Part shown: piece after piece, positions 1 through 15,945 of the stretch
Numbering within the stretch: the stretch's first letter is position 1
Layout of the letters: the number at the start of each line of letters is the position of its first letter
Source of the DNA: Octopus sinensis
Lineage: Eukaryota
Reading direction: 5' to 3'
Length of the DNA: 64,000 bases
Assembly (NCBI RefSeq): GCF_006345805.1
Contig: NC_042999.1
Coordinates: 103,788,001-103,852,000, forward strand
Made by a program: the position numbers and the translations under genes
Notes under the pieces: model-generated
Database searches by the model: none
What the model saw: only the letters and a program-made list of their open reading frames with translations
What the model was told of the DNA's origin: nothing

Positions 1-1508
1 TGTAGTTAGTTGTATATATGGTGATGTATATCAACTTTTCATATGAATAGTGTGTGTGTAGTTGCTTGTGAAGAAGTGTCTACGTAATACTAGTAGTGTA
101 TACGTAGATGTGTGACTAGTGGTGTAGTGATGCATAAATAAGTGTGCATGATTGTGTACGTGTTGTGAAGTAGACATAGTTGTATATGCACCAGTGTGCA
201 TATATAGTGTGGCTGTGTAGTTGTGTGGGTAATAGTAAATGCGTCACCACTCTCTATACTTATACAGCTGGCCGATAAAGGTGGCCGCCGAGCACACCCA
301 ATGAATTCATTACTGTTTAAACCGAATTGCTTATTTAAGCGAAGCTCTACCACCATCTTGGAAGGAAATTTAACTTAATTCGTTTTTTACCTCGAAGTGA
401 CAGAAATATTTAGTTTTCGCTCAAACCGACTGTTGAACCAGAGGTTCGCAGTCAGGATGTCGCTATTCTTGTGTTATTTTGGTCGAAATAGCAATAATGA
501 AACTAGAATAAGGTACCGTCTCCCGCTTCTTCTCTCTCGTCGGTTATATTGGTATTCGATCTTTAAAGAGAATGCGTAAATGCAAATTTTTGCTAAAAGT
601 TTTTCCATGTTTAGAACAACAAATCCCATAAATTTTGAAAATAAATATAATTTCATATGCGTAAACACATATATTTGTTTCCGGCGTGAGTGAAATAATC
701 ACTTAGTTTCACTATAACTGAATAGCCTGCAACATACCTGAATCACCTGCAACAATTATTGTAATAGCTTTATAATGATTGCCATCTACGGAAAGGCTAA
801 TAAATCACAGAAAAATTTCCACTGCAAATTGACACATACTTAAATACACACACACGTATATGTGTATATTTATATCTATATGTGTGTGTGAGAGAGAGGG
901 GGGAGAGAGAGAATGTGTGTGTGTGTGTGTGTGTTTTATCGGATGAATGTAAGTCCGTCCTTTAACTGGAATTATTTGCAAGGATTTCTAATGTCTTTGA
1001 ATTTTCTTATATAAATTCGTATAGGTGTGAAAGCTTCTATAGAAATAATCAGTATATGATTAAACTTAATTTAACAAATTCATACATATTTATATAATAG
1101 AGGAGATTAGATGTTGAAATGGATTAGAGTTTTTATTTTTGATGTTGCTATACAATTCGTTTCGTACAAGAAGTCTCAGATATTCATAAATAGAAAATCG
1201 CAATAGACGTATTTGTAGTCGTCAGTAGCTGATATAAAATCTAAAAAAGCCGTTTAAAGTACATAGATTTTCCGTTAGTTATAATTTTGAGATTAGTATA
1301 TTCGTTCTTGCAATCATGTCTATTTGAATCAATACTAAAAGAATATATATTAACTGGGTGCTAATATATATAGTATTAAAACCTGACACTCTCTCTATGA
1401 AATCCAGTATGTGACTCTATTTAAAATTGCTTAAATTGATTTTATTACTGGTCAAGCTGTATTCGTATGTACGTTGAGAAATGTATGTATATTCATATAT
1501 TCTTTTTG

Positions 1509-1886
1509 TTACTCTTTTACTTGTTTTAGTCAATTGACTGTGGCCATGCTGGAGCACCGCCTTTAGTCGAGCAAATCGACCCCAGGACTTATTCTTTGTA
1601 AGCCTAGTACTTATTCTATCGGTATCTTTTGCTGAACCGCTAAGTTACGGGGACGTAAACCCACCAGCATCGGTTGTCAAGCGATGTTGGGGGGAAAACA
1701 CAGACACACAAACATATACATATACATATATACGACGGGCTTCTTTCAGTTTCCGTCTACCAAATCCACTTTGGTCGGCCCGAGGTTATAGTAGAAGATA
1801 ATAGCCCAAGGTGCCACGCAGTGGGACTGAACCCGGAACCATGTGGTTGGTAAGCAACCTACTTACCACACAGCCACTCCTACGCC
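1509..1886 (-). mobile_element. tRNA-derived SINE, family A (full length, bipartite with internal microsatellite linker)
   Basis: Minus strand begins GGCGTAGGAGTGGCTGTGTGGTAAG, has B-box-like GGTTCAGTCC, CORE-like CCTTGGGC and tail GGCGGTGCTCCAGCATGGCCACAGTC...GTAAAAGAGTAA; near-identical copies elsewhere in the window. Confidence 0.9.
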
Positions 1887-2501
1887 TATATAAATATGTA
1901 TTTTCAAATACAATTTTAGTCTTTACTCAACCGCCATTTCTCCCTTTGATTAATAATATTTTTAGAAAAATTGGTGGTTAATAATAGTATTAAAGAATAA
2001 TTTCTGGTTTATAAAATTTATAATTTAAGTATTTATTGTAAATAATAGGTCTAATATTCATAGACAAAAAGAAGTGTTATATGCCGTAATTAATTATCTA
2101 GGTACATCATCTTGATATATTTTAAAGAAGATTTAGAAGTAAATACTATACGAGTAATACGGTTTTTTAACAAGGGGGATTACTTACTTTATAAACAAAT
2201 ATAATCAGAAACAGAGCCATTTTGTATGTAAGAAAGTTTTATTTTTTTAGTGGAGAAGGAAAAACGAACCAAAAAAGCGAGCTGGTGAGATTTGTAGTAA
2301 TGTAGGGAAGACAATAATTAATATACTTGGATATTTTGCGGATATAATACAGGCGTACATAGATTTACATATACAAACGTATATAGACTAACAACACTGA
2401 TATAGAAATATGTACATTAACATTCTATTGTATATACATACCAATACACAAATACTTATGCGCATACATACCCATGCAGGCATATACATACATATATATA
2501 T

Positions 2502-2584
<83 letters not shown>

Positions 2585-2875
2585 TTTTCGATCTAATTTG
2601 GATTCTTTGCCATCAAATTTGAATTTTTTAATTGGTGCTCAAGTCTTGAAAAAAAAAGAGAGTTAAAGTACATCAGCCGTAAGGCAATACTTGTCTATCT
2701 TATCCAACTCGTCCAGTAGAGCCCACCAATTGATATCTAAAAAGTTCGATGGAATAACTCATGAACACTGCGATAGCTTCTACCAAAAGATGCTCCGTTA
2801 CGTCGACCGATCTGAACCAGGTGAGATAATAGAAAAAGAATCATTTGTTTATTATATACGTATATATATGTATAT

Positions 2876-3000
2876 ATCCACTTACAAGGCTTTGGTCGGC
2901 CCGTGACTATAGTAGAAGACACTTGCCCAAGGTGCCACGCAGTGAGACTGAACCTGGAACCATGTGGTTGGTAAGCAAGCTACTTACCACAGAGCCACTC
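2876..3000 (-). mobile_element. SINE family A, 5' head fragment
   Basis: Matches the head of the 1509-1886 copy; flanked by TA and TATG repeats. Confidence 0.85.
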
Positions 3001-3016
3001 TGTATGTATGCATACT

Positions 3017-3048
<32 letters not shown>

Positions 3049-3720
3049 TGTATGTATGTATGTATGTATTTATTTATGTATGTATGTATGTATGTATGCA
3101 TGTATGTATGTATACATGTATGTATGTGTGGAGATATATATATATATACACACAAATATGAATTTAATTTTGAAATTAAATCTTTTCCAACTTTCAACAC
3201 CTCCACGACAATCGCAAAAGCACAAGTACCTGTGAAAAGTCAACACTCACACCAACCAGTATGACTAATAAAATGATCAATGAATACATCTTTTCGACGG
3301 TTGCATAGAGATAATTCTGTCTCCAAATCTGGAAACAGAGTTTTAGATTTTAAAATAAACTGTAAACTACTCCATCATGCTTCCCATCAGGCTAGAGCAG
3401 TAATCGACAACATGTAGCTCGCGGGACTTTCTGAATGATACGCCTAACGAAAAATTGCCTTGCATATTTTAAGTTGTGCGGCCCGTCTGATGATGAACCA
3501 TGTCTCATGCGGCTCGCTTCTAGAAAAATTTTGTCCATGCCTGGGATTGTCTCAACTCAGACTCATACAGCAGAAACCTCAATCATTGTTTTAGGGAATT
3601 TGAATGCAGTGGCACATGTTCACTAGTCAAGCCTCTAATGCTATATCTATCTGAGGCAACCAATCTGACAGATTGTGCTGTAGATGGAGATGTGTTTATC
3701 ACAAAAATTCTGTTCATTCC

Positions 3721-5056
<1,336 letters not shown>

Positions 5057-5773
5057 GGAAGTACGTTTGCAGGTAGGTAGGTAAGTAGGTTGACCGAATT
5101 CATTTCAATTTGATACTATGTATATTTTCTAATGCAATTTCTTTTTCTTTTCGAATATAGAGCTAAAACCAAAGCAAACGATGCTTCAAACCATCGCACA
5201 GGACAGAAATCTATGAACACATTTTTTCTAACCAATTTCAAAATATTTACCTACACATTTTTATAGCCTGAGATTTCTTATCTTCTTATACAAATTTCTA
5301 ATCATTTTATTCTCTTGTTCCTACATTCAGAAATAGATTTTTCAATACTTTAGTCTTCTTTAACTATCATTTAAATTCTAATCGCTTACTAGTGGTTGAA
5401 CAATTCCCATTCTTGAAATTGAATTCAAGTAAAATCACACAAAAGTCACAGCTAAAAATAAATATGATACTTAACAAATAATTGCTCTGCAATTTTAGGA
5501 ATAAAAATATCAGAAATTTTTATTCCGTTTATATAATTTCAGTATTATGTTTGTATCTTGTTGGTTTTTTTTTTTGTTTGTTTTTATTCTGTTTTGCTTC
5601 AATTGCTAGTAGTGTGTTATTTTTGTTGTTTATACCTTTTCTGGATATTATTTCGATTTTCAGAATTCTTACAGAATTCGTGATTTAAGATGTCTCACAG
5701 TTATAATTTATAGACAAACCCTCGCAGATATACGTATGTGTGTACGTGCAAAAATTAATAAATACATTCATAC

Positions 5774-5837
<64 letters not shown>

Positions 5838-5844
5838 TATATAA

Positions 5845-6045
5845 GTTAATCCAAACAAGAAAGCACGAAAAAACACAACAACGCGAGGACGTGGAATAAA
5901 TATAGTATTATTGGACGCTCAGGAAAGACGGAAAGAAGGAGGGTTTAACGTTTCGAGCGGAGCTCTTCGTCGGAAACATAGGAGAAGGAAAAATCCAGAG
6001 AAGGGAAGACAGAGGAAAAAAATCGCCAACGGTACACACGAGGTC
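5845..6045 (-). mobile_element. Penelope-like element terminal fragment carrying a hammerhead-like motif
   Basis: Minus strand GTTT-CCGACGA-A-GAGC-TCC-GCTC-GAAA-CGTT-AAAC, the architecture of minimal hammerheads described in Penelope-like element termini. Confidence 0.55.
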
Positions 6046-6085
6046 ATATATATACAGAGATAAATAGATAGACAGACAGAGAGAC

Positions 6086-6182
<97 letters not shown>

Positions 6183-6546
6183 TATATGTTTCTTTATTAG
6201 CCACACAGGGCTGCACACAGACAGGACAAATTACAAGGTAGATATTTTCTTTTGTGGGTAAAAAAGGGGGTTTGGTTTTCGATCAAAAGGGATCGTAAAA
6301 GGAAAGAAAGAGGACAAAAAAGGGGGGGATAAAATTTAAAAAAAAAGGAAAATTAAAAAATTGATCAATAGGGATCGTTATCACAGAAATGTCAATATAA
6401 AGTGTAAAGGGGAGGACAGGTGAGGTTTACCTGTGGAAAGAAAAGCCTACGGAAAAGACCACGGTAACCTCGTTCAATTAAGTCACATGTTATATATATA
6501 TATATTTTTTTACAAATAAGCAACTCTCTGTATTAATTTTTACGGT

Positions 6547-8973
6547 TCATAGGATCATAGTCAAGGTGGCTTCGTCATTCATACGTGCCATCCTTGCGAC
6601 ATTCACCCATCTTTTTTTAAAACATTCACTAGACAAAACTTGCCTCTCTACTCTCACTTTCCTCTTCAAGTGATACTTGAAGAAGTTGATGAGAGATTGA
6701 CTAAAGAGGAAAGTGTTTGTCTCTAATCCTTTCAGACGCGTCCACCAGATACATTCTTTCGCCATAGCCACAAGTATGATAAAAATAGCTCTTCCTTCCC
6801 GTTTGAAGGAAGGAGGCGTGACGATATTAACGATAGACTCGGCTGATAAACCGACACGTCCCACACGTGACAGCAGTCGTTCGACATAAGCCCACAGGTC
6901 GGAGATTGTTGGACACTGCACGATTGCGTGCAGAACGGTTTCGTCGCTCTGCCCGCATCTCGGGCAGGTCGGCCCCGTGTTTCTCGAGCCATGCCTATAG
7001 AGCTTATCCCGAACGGGTAGCGCTTCTCGGTAGCACCGCCAAACTAGGGATCTCTGGAAGTTGTTCATAGGTCCCGGCTCGAAAGTCGTTTCAAACAGGC
7101 GGGTCAGGTATTCCTCGTCGACGCCCAGGTTTGCCCCAAGATCGTCGTCGTACCTCCCCTCCACTAATCCCCTATAGAATGCTTTGGTTGTGTTGAAGTC
7201 ACTCAAGGTCGACCCGGGACGGCAGAGTTGCTTGAGAGCAACGCGACACTCGCGGTGCCATTCGCCCTTCCTCGGCAGTTCGGTCATGGAGACGAGCTGC
7301 GGGAATGCGTGCCTCACAAACGGCGACCACACCTGTTCACCGTCGTCTACATAGAGCCGGAGATGTCGCAGTCTCAGCGCGTGTCTGCGCATCATCAACC
7401 ACGGCATGCCCAGCCCTCCTTTTAACGGGTGTTGACAGCAAATGGATCGCCTGACCATCAGGACGCATCCTTTCCACAAGAAGCGGAAGAGAATGCGTTC
7501 TAGTTTGGTGATGGTAGGGTCGGGACAAGGTACGACGGTCAGGCGGTTGTAGATGATGGACGCGATGTACGTGTTCGCCACCTTCTCCCGACCGTTTAGG
7601 GACAGTTTCTTCTCGGCCCATTGCCGGGCGAGAGTGACCACCCTACTCGTTATCTCGTTCCAGTTCTTCTCCATTTGGAGGTCCGGACCGAACCAGACCC
7701 CGAGCAACTCAACTGGGCCGTCCGTCCAGCGTCCCACGACGGAGGTACTGGTGGACGGCATGGGCTTGCTTCTCCAGGTGCCGAGCCGCAAGCCCACTGA
7801 CTTTTCCCGGTTGATTTTTGCTCCTGTCACCGCTTCGTAGTTTTTCAGTGTCTCGCCGACCAGCTCGATGTGCTCGTGGCTTGACACTATGACGGTGACG
7901 TCGTCCGCGTATGCAGACACGCTTGTCCCGCATCCCAATTCTCGCGGGATGCCCCTCAGAGTCGCCAGCTTCCGCAGTAGTGGCTCGAGAGTCAATACGT
8001 ATAGAAGCGACGAGAGGGGGCATCCCTGAAGGACCGAACGTGCAATGTCGAAAGGTCTCGATAGATGTCCATTTACGCGAACTACCGAACGGATACCTCT
8101 GTACAAGGCAGCTATCCAGCCGCGAAAGACGGGACCGAAACCAGCCGCTCTCAGGACTGCCTCCAAGTATCGATGGTCTACCCTATCGAAGGCTTTCGAT
8201 TGATCCAAATTGATCAGGGCCCCACCCATGCCAGTTTCCTTAACTACCCTGTCTATGATGTAGCGCATCAGATGGCGGTTGTCATGGATGCTCCGGCCCG
8301 GCACGGCGCACGTTTGTGCCCTGTCGACCAGTTTCTCGATGACAAGCGCCAACCTCTTGGCTAACACCTTGGTCAAAATTTTCAGGTCTGCATTGAGCAG
8401 GGTGATTGGTCTAAAGTTATCTATAATGTCCCCCTTGTTTGGATCTTTCTTCAGCAGCGTTACGGCTCCTCGACTCACAAAACTGGGTATGTTCCCGTTT
8501 TGCTGCCAGTTGCAGTATACCGCTGCCAAGACGTCTCCAAACAAGTCTGGCATACAATTGTAAAACTCGTAGGGCCGACCATCCAAACCCGGCGATTTGT
8601 CTCTCGAGCATTCTGCCATTGCGTCCCGCACATCCGCCGCCGTGATGGCACCTTCGCAGCACTCTGCCTCTCTTGCCGAGAGTCGTGGTAGGCTGTGCAG
8701 GTAGGCACTGAAGTCCACCCTGCGTTCACGCTCGCCACTCGTCCCGTACAGTCGGGCAAAGTGCCGCTGAAATGCCTCGCACATCTTGCTGGCCTCGAGC
8801 AATTCGCGCCCTTGTTCATCTACCAGAGACCGAATGGTGGCTTTGTTGCCCTGCTGCGCCTCCGCCACCCGAGCCTCCCTCGCGGCTCCAATACCTTCTA
8901 TCCTTAGAGCACGCATCCTAGCCCTGACAGCACACCCTTCGTGTTTGGCGTTGAAGTGTTGGTCAAGGGCCAA
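6547..8973 (-). CDS. Tx1-type ORF2, uninterrupted 808-codon part (reverse transcriptase and C-terminal zinc knuckle)
   Basis: KSPGLDG, NFRPITLLNADLKIL, DQSKAFDRVDH, QGCPLS, YADD, KGGLGMPWL, LPVRDKL and CPRCGQSDETVLHAIVQC motifs; the true start lies upstream across a frameshift. Confidence 0.93.
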   Translation of the reverse strand: MALDQHFNAKHEGCAVRARMRALRIEGIGAAREARVAEAQQGNKATIRSLVDEQGRELLEASKMCEAFQRHFARLYGTSGERERRVDFSAYLHSLPRLSAREAECCEGAITAADVRDAMAECSRDKSPGLDGRPYEFYNCMPDLFGDVLAAVYCNWQQNGNIPSFVSRGAVTLLKKDPNKGDIIDNFRPITLLNADLKILTKVLAKRLALVIEKLVDRAQTCAVPGRSIHDNRHLMRYIIDRVVKETGMGGALINLDQSKAFDRVDHRYLEAVLRAAGFGPVFRGWIAALYRGIRSVVRVNGHLSRPFDIARSVLQGCPLSSLLYVLTLEPLLRKLATLRGIPRELGCGTSVSAYADDVTVIVSSHEHIELVGETLKNYEAVTGAKINREKSVGLRLGTWRSKPMPSTSTSVVGRWTDGPVELLGVWFGPDLQMEKNWNEITSRVVTLARQWAEKKLSLNGREKVANTYIASIIYNRLTVVPCPDPTITKLERILFRFLWKGCVLMVRRSICCQHPLKGGLGMPWLMMRRHALRLRHLRLYVDDGEQVWSPFVRHAFPQLVSMTELPRKGEWHRECRVALKQLCRPGSTLSDFNTTKAFYRGLVEGRYDDDLGANLGVDEEYLTRLFETTFEPGPMNNFQRSLVWRCYREALPVRDKLYRHGSRNTGPTCPRCGQSDETVLHAIVQCPTISDLWAYVERLLSRVGRVGLSAESIVNIVTPPSFKREGRAIFIILVAMAKECIWWTRLKGLETNTFLFSQSLINFFKYHLKRKVRVERQVLSSECFKKRWVNVARMARMNDEATLTMIL

Positions 8974-9020
8974 CCTCGCCGCTAAAACGTCGGATGTGAT
9001 TCCGCTTCTTATTGCCTCTT

Positions 9021-9756
9021 CTAACTTCTATTTCTATCTACGGCTAGTGCCTTGCTATATCTAATTGCTTCCGCTTTTACTGCTCTCTTGAGGGCGAACC
9101 ACCATTTGTTGTTGACAATGGCTCCCGTTAAAGCCCTTTTTACTAACGTGTTGATTCTGTCTCTGAAAACCTGTCTGGACGGGAAAGATGCGTTCAGTTT
9201 CCAGTAACCGGGACCCTGTCTATGTACCTTATCTAAGTCTAGCGTACACGTCACGAATTTGTGATCCGTGTAGCTGACTGTGTGGAATTGTGGACATCCT
9301 AAGTTATCCCTGTCTACTGTCCTACACAGTATCCTATCTAGATACGATCTCAACGACCCACTGCAGTTGCTCCATGTCCACGTTGGTGCATTTGGGTGGT
9401 CGAGTCGGTACCTGTCAGACAGTTGGAATCGTCTGAGCAGGTCTCCGAGGCATTTGCGTCCCCTTCTGTTTTTGTCTCTCTCCACATAGTCTAGATGCGT
9501 GTCCAAGGTAGCATTCCAATCCCCCACTAAAAGTAAAGGACGAGACGTTCCCAGGAATACTTCTAGACGTCGAAAGAAATCCGGCCGACCTGTTAAAGGC
9601 GGTGCGTAGACTGATACAACTCAAAAAGCGCACCCATTGCTGCCGTCGACATCCAGAACGACCAGTCTACCCTCCGGGTCTACGAATATCATCTTGACTT
9701 CGAGATCCAGGCTCTTGTGAAAAAGTACCGCGGTGCCACTACCGCCCATCCTCGGC
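9021..9756 (-). pseudogene. Apurinic-like endonuclease portion of Tx1 ORF2
   Basis: GTAVLF...GRLVVLDV...VVSVYAP...LLVGDWNA...TWSN...SYLDRI...SYTDH; one in-frame TGA (tca at 9621-9623) and out of frame with the 6547-8973 ORF. Confidence 0.88.
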
Positions 9757-9867
<111 letters not shown>

Positions 9868-10395
9868 CACGCACATACAAACATATATATGTGTATATAC
9901 GTATGCATGTTTGTAGCTGTTATGTAGATGTATATGTGCATGTGTCTTACGTTCTATGTGCGTGGGTTGTATGTCTATATAGACACATGTATAGATAAAC
10001 TCACTTTCAAAAGCAGGAACGAAAGCGCACACACATACACATTATATATGTATGCATATATATATATATATATATATCGAGAGAGAAAGAGGAAGATACA
10101 TACATATATATATATACACACATATATACATATATACCCATATACATTCATACATACATAGATATATACATATATATGCAATATCATTCACTTCTCTTTC
10201 CCTCCATTTCTTTTTTCCTGTCAGCAAGAATTAAACGAATACATCTTGTTGAAGTATTGTTTCTTCATATAGAAAACATTCCAGTCACTAAACCTTATAT
10301 GTTCCTCGAAAGTGCAAACTCACTGACATATGTCTTGACCGGGTTATATCAACAACGTCTCTGTCCTTACTTTCATGATTTACATAAATACATAG

Positions 10396-10464
<69 letters not shown>

Positions 10465-10694
10465 CCCCATGCCACCACGCCTCAAGGCAACTTCTTCTTT
10501 TGCCCATTTTAGTACGCGGTGATTGTTTGAATGACATGACTTTTCTCTCCCTTCTTCTTTCTCTTCATCTATGCTTTTCGTAGAAGTCGAAAGGTTAACG
10601 ACTTATTCCAATTTTCCTGAGCGTTAACCTAAAAGATCATGTTTGTTTGCTTTTTCGCTTCATCTTCGTATTATTTTCATTTTTATACCATAGT

Positions 10695-10789
<95 letters not shown>

Positions 10790-11390
10790 GGAAGGAAAGA
10801 AAGAGAGAGGGCAAGATAGAGATGAATAACTATATAGATATAACCACATGCATATGTGCACAGACACACGCGCACACACGCATACACACACCACAGGCAC
10901 ATATACACACACACACACTCACTCACACACAAACACACACACACACACATATATGTATCAATGAATGTGCATTTATCTACCTATCTAAATGTGTATATGT
11001 GCGTGTGCGTGTGTGTGTGAGCGTGCGTGCGTGCGTGTATGTGGGGTGGGGGCAGGGTGGGGGGGGGGTGTTATTTAAATGTACATTTAAACAATCAAAT
11101 GTACTGGAAGCAATAAATTTATATGTGCAGATAGTAGTATAAATATCCGTGTCAGATTCTGTTCATTTTAATTTGATATCGACATATATACTGATTATTT
11201 TGCTAACAGTATATTTAGATAAATAGATATGTATATATTTTAAACATGTCTATCTCGGTATATCGAGAACTGCAATAACATTAATTAACCTTCGTACAGC
11301 CATAAAATATAAATTATATATATTTATTACATAATTTCGCTGAGTATACAAACCCACACGCACACATATGTGTGTGTGTGTGTGTGTGTA

Positions 11391-11441
<51 letters not shown>

Positions 11442-11612
11442 GTGTGTGCAAGTTCATGTAAAATTGCATTCAGATACATGAATACGTAAGTATATATGTG
11501 TATGTGTGTACATGTGCAAGTGTCTATTTGTGGGTTTATATACACAAGCAAGATATTGCATACATGCATTCATACACACATACACATTCATTCATATATA
11601 TATATATATTTG

Positions 11613-11668
<56 letters not shown>

Positions 11669-11915
11669 ATATATATATATGTACGTGTGTGTGTGTGTAT
11701 GTCTATATACATACTCATTTACACACATGAACTATATAGTTACCTATATCTATATATTACAATTTAGGTTACTTGAAATATGTTTGTCACATATTTCAAC
11801 TGCTAAAGGCAAATACGGGCGATCTACAAGCACAAATCAGTCACTGTGTTGATTGAATTATATATAAATCTATAAGCTTTATTCAATTCGTTCAGAGTTG
11901 TCTCTCTTATGTACG

Positions 11916-11960
11916 TCTCATCGACAAGAGTCATTAAACTCGAAACATCGATGTCTGAGA
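11916..11960 (+). ncRNA. Degenerate type I hammerhead ribozyme-like motif
   Basis: TCTCA-TCGACAA-GAGT-CATTAA-ACTC-GAAA-CATCGATG-TC-TGAGA; three stems pair, but the core has 3 changes from CUGANGA. Confidence 0.55.
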
Positions 11961-12695
11961 TTTCCGAGAGAGGGCGACACTGAATGAATTGGGTGTCTTC
12001 ACACCTTTTTAACATAAGAGAGATTTGTTCTCCTCGGTAACTGCAGTGTGTTTGCTTTTATTAGGTGAAATATGAAAAATTTATCAGCCTCTTATTTTCT
12101 ATTCCTTAACATTTTGTTATCATTGTCAAAGACAATGACTGTATTTTAATACAACTATTTTAACTAATTTTTAACATCACAAAGGCTACACAAGACCTTG
12201 CATTTTCTTTTGAAAATCTCTTTTTAAAAAAGTGAAACCGGTTAGGTCAATAAACATCTTTAAAAGACCTGCATTTTCAAATCCTCTTCCCTATTTATTT
12301 TCACTCGTGCGGTACCTGCCATTTTTAACTTTCTTTATTTATATATATATATATATATAGATATATATATATATATATATATATATAATACATAGGGGCG
12401 GTGCTCCAGCATTACCCCAGCCTCTATCTGAAGCCAGCTAAGAATATATACATATATATATATATATATAATATATATATATATATATTGAAGCATATTA
12501 CTTTAATGCACATATATGATACACATAACATTTCCACTCATAAGTATGCATGCATGCATACATACATACATACATATAAAGAGACAGAGAGAGGGAAGGA
12601 GTGAGAGACGTAAAGAGAGACAGAAAGAAAGGGGCTGAGAGAGGGAAAAAAGAGTGGAAGATGACACAGTGAGAGATGTATAATCAAGAGAATCA

Positions 12696-14292
<1,597 letters not shown>

Positions 14293-14504
14293 TCTTTTCT
14301 TCTTTTTGTTTATACTTATCTCTCTCGCGTACATACATACATACATACATACATATATACATACATACATACATACATAATACATACATACATACATACA
14401 TACATACATACATACATACATAGACACACATACACACACATTTCTACATACGTACATACATACATACGTAAATGTATAAATGTATGTCCATTTATGTGTG
14501 TATG

Positions 14505-15945
14505 TTCTGCTTTAATTATTTGATGTCTTCCTCAAGGGAAAGATCTAGTTTCTAGCAAAGATACAAAGTTCCATCATAAGAATGTATATAACAAATGTAG
14601 ATAACACAAACGAATTTACATTTAGATCTTTAAAAAGTCTTGCATGTTTTTTATTGTTCTGCTTACAATTTGTATTTGTAATGTGAAAGTTAGCTAATTC
14701 ATTTCTCCTTTCGAAAACCCCAAATTATCCAGACTGTCACCCAGCTTATCCATATTGTCACAAAACCAAGTGCACCAATTATTTCTGGTATAAATGTGAA
14801 TTTATAATTTGGGTATACAAGCAGAAAGTTTCATAGCAGTTGCCAGTAGTTATCCGCTTTCTCTTTTATTTTCGAAAAAATAATCACATCAACGGGGCAA
14901 CAAACATCTATGACTGTACCTACTTTAACTTGTCTATCCCAAATAAGAATATCCAGCCTGCTATGTTTGTACGTGGTAGATATTTTAATGGTATATTCCA
15001 CCAGTATTCCTTGTGTTGAAGCTTATGTATGTATTCAATAAGGCCTGTCATTAAATTTTGATGACAATGCATATTGTTTGAGAGACAACGCCCTGTCGAA
15101 TTCGGAGGTAGCACATTGATGACATATTTGTGCAGCTGTTGATCACGTACATAATGGCTTCCACAAAAATGTGACATAATCGACATTTCTCTCTGCATCT
15201 TGGGGCTCCAAGAACCTCACTGTTTCTCTTGTTCTGGTGATGTTTTGGTCACGACTCCAAAAGATGCTGCACTTCATGTCGATATTAGTGTTGGTTTCAA
15301 GTCTTTGAGAAACACTCACATGCATAGTTTGTTTTTCGTGAACGTGTATGCTGAATATCTAACATACAGGTGTTCTTTGAGGTATAATGATTCAATTGTT
15401 TTGGGATTGTATGGGAGGTTGTCAGAAAGAGTGTGTTTTCTATGGACTTCACCGCCTAGTTTTTCCCCTCATTCTCTCGTTGATGTTCAGTGCTAGATTT
15501 GTATTATTTATTTATTTCTACTATTTTTTAGCAGGTGGTGTCTGAGATGGGGTATACGATATTCGAAGGCTGTCTGTGCTAATCTCAAGTCACTACCTCT
15601 TCCACCTCTTAAGTAAAGCCTGTCGATATCACTATTTCTGAGGAAGTTTTCATTTAATCGTGCGGTTTTTAATATCTATAGCGTAAATTTCCTCTACAAG
15701 CCAGTCAAGTATCCCAAATGTGGGCATCAGCATTGGTACTGAAATTGATTTGTGGGATCCTATCGAGTTGTAAGAGATTAATTCTGACTGCTATGTTTTT
15801 AAAAGCCTGGTGTAATATTCTCGAATCAGTCTGTCTTTATTCACAGCACCTGCGTTAGATATGTCTTCATCAATACTTAAGTCTTTATAGCATTCTCTGT
15901 GGGGAATAGGAAAGATAGAAAGGCTGCTGATGAACAGATTTTGCG
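14505..15945 (-). mobile_element. R4/Dong-type LINE fragment A (RT end through restriction-like endonuclease), decayed
   Basis: Minus-strand peptides CYKDLSIDED...NKDRLIREYY, PTFGILDW, HKEYWWN, RLDILIWDRQ...IDVCCPVD and KIKEKADNY...IIGALG. Confidence 0.75.

Larger units (their letters stand above)
6188..9756 (-). mobile_element. Tx1-type (L1 clade) non-LTR retrotransposon, copy 1, 5'-truncated within the endonuclease domain
   Basis: Endonuclease, RT and zinc-knuckle coding sequence plus a 3' UTR ending AATAAAGAAAC; (GATA)n at 6063-6180 and 9757-9866. Confidence 0.95.

Noticed and set aside
2691-2830. Possible exon ending GAACCAG|GTGAGA (KKFDGITHEHCDSFYQKMLRYVDRSEP)
   Set aside because: No recognisable protein family and no convincing acceptor; cannot be supported without RNA-seq or homology
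6732-9064. Overlapping plus-strand and alternative-frame ORFs across Tx1 copy 1 (likewise 27005-28937)
   Set aside because: By-products of the GC-rich LINE ORF; no recognisable motifs
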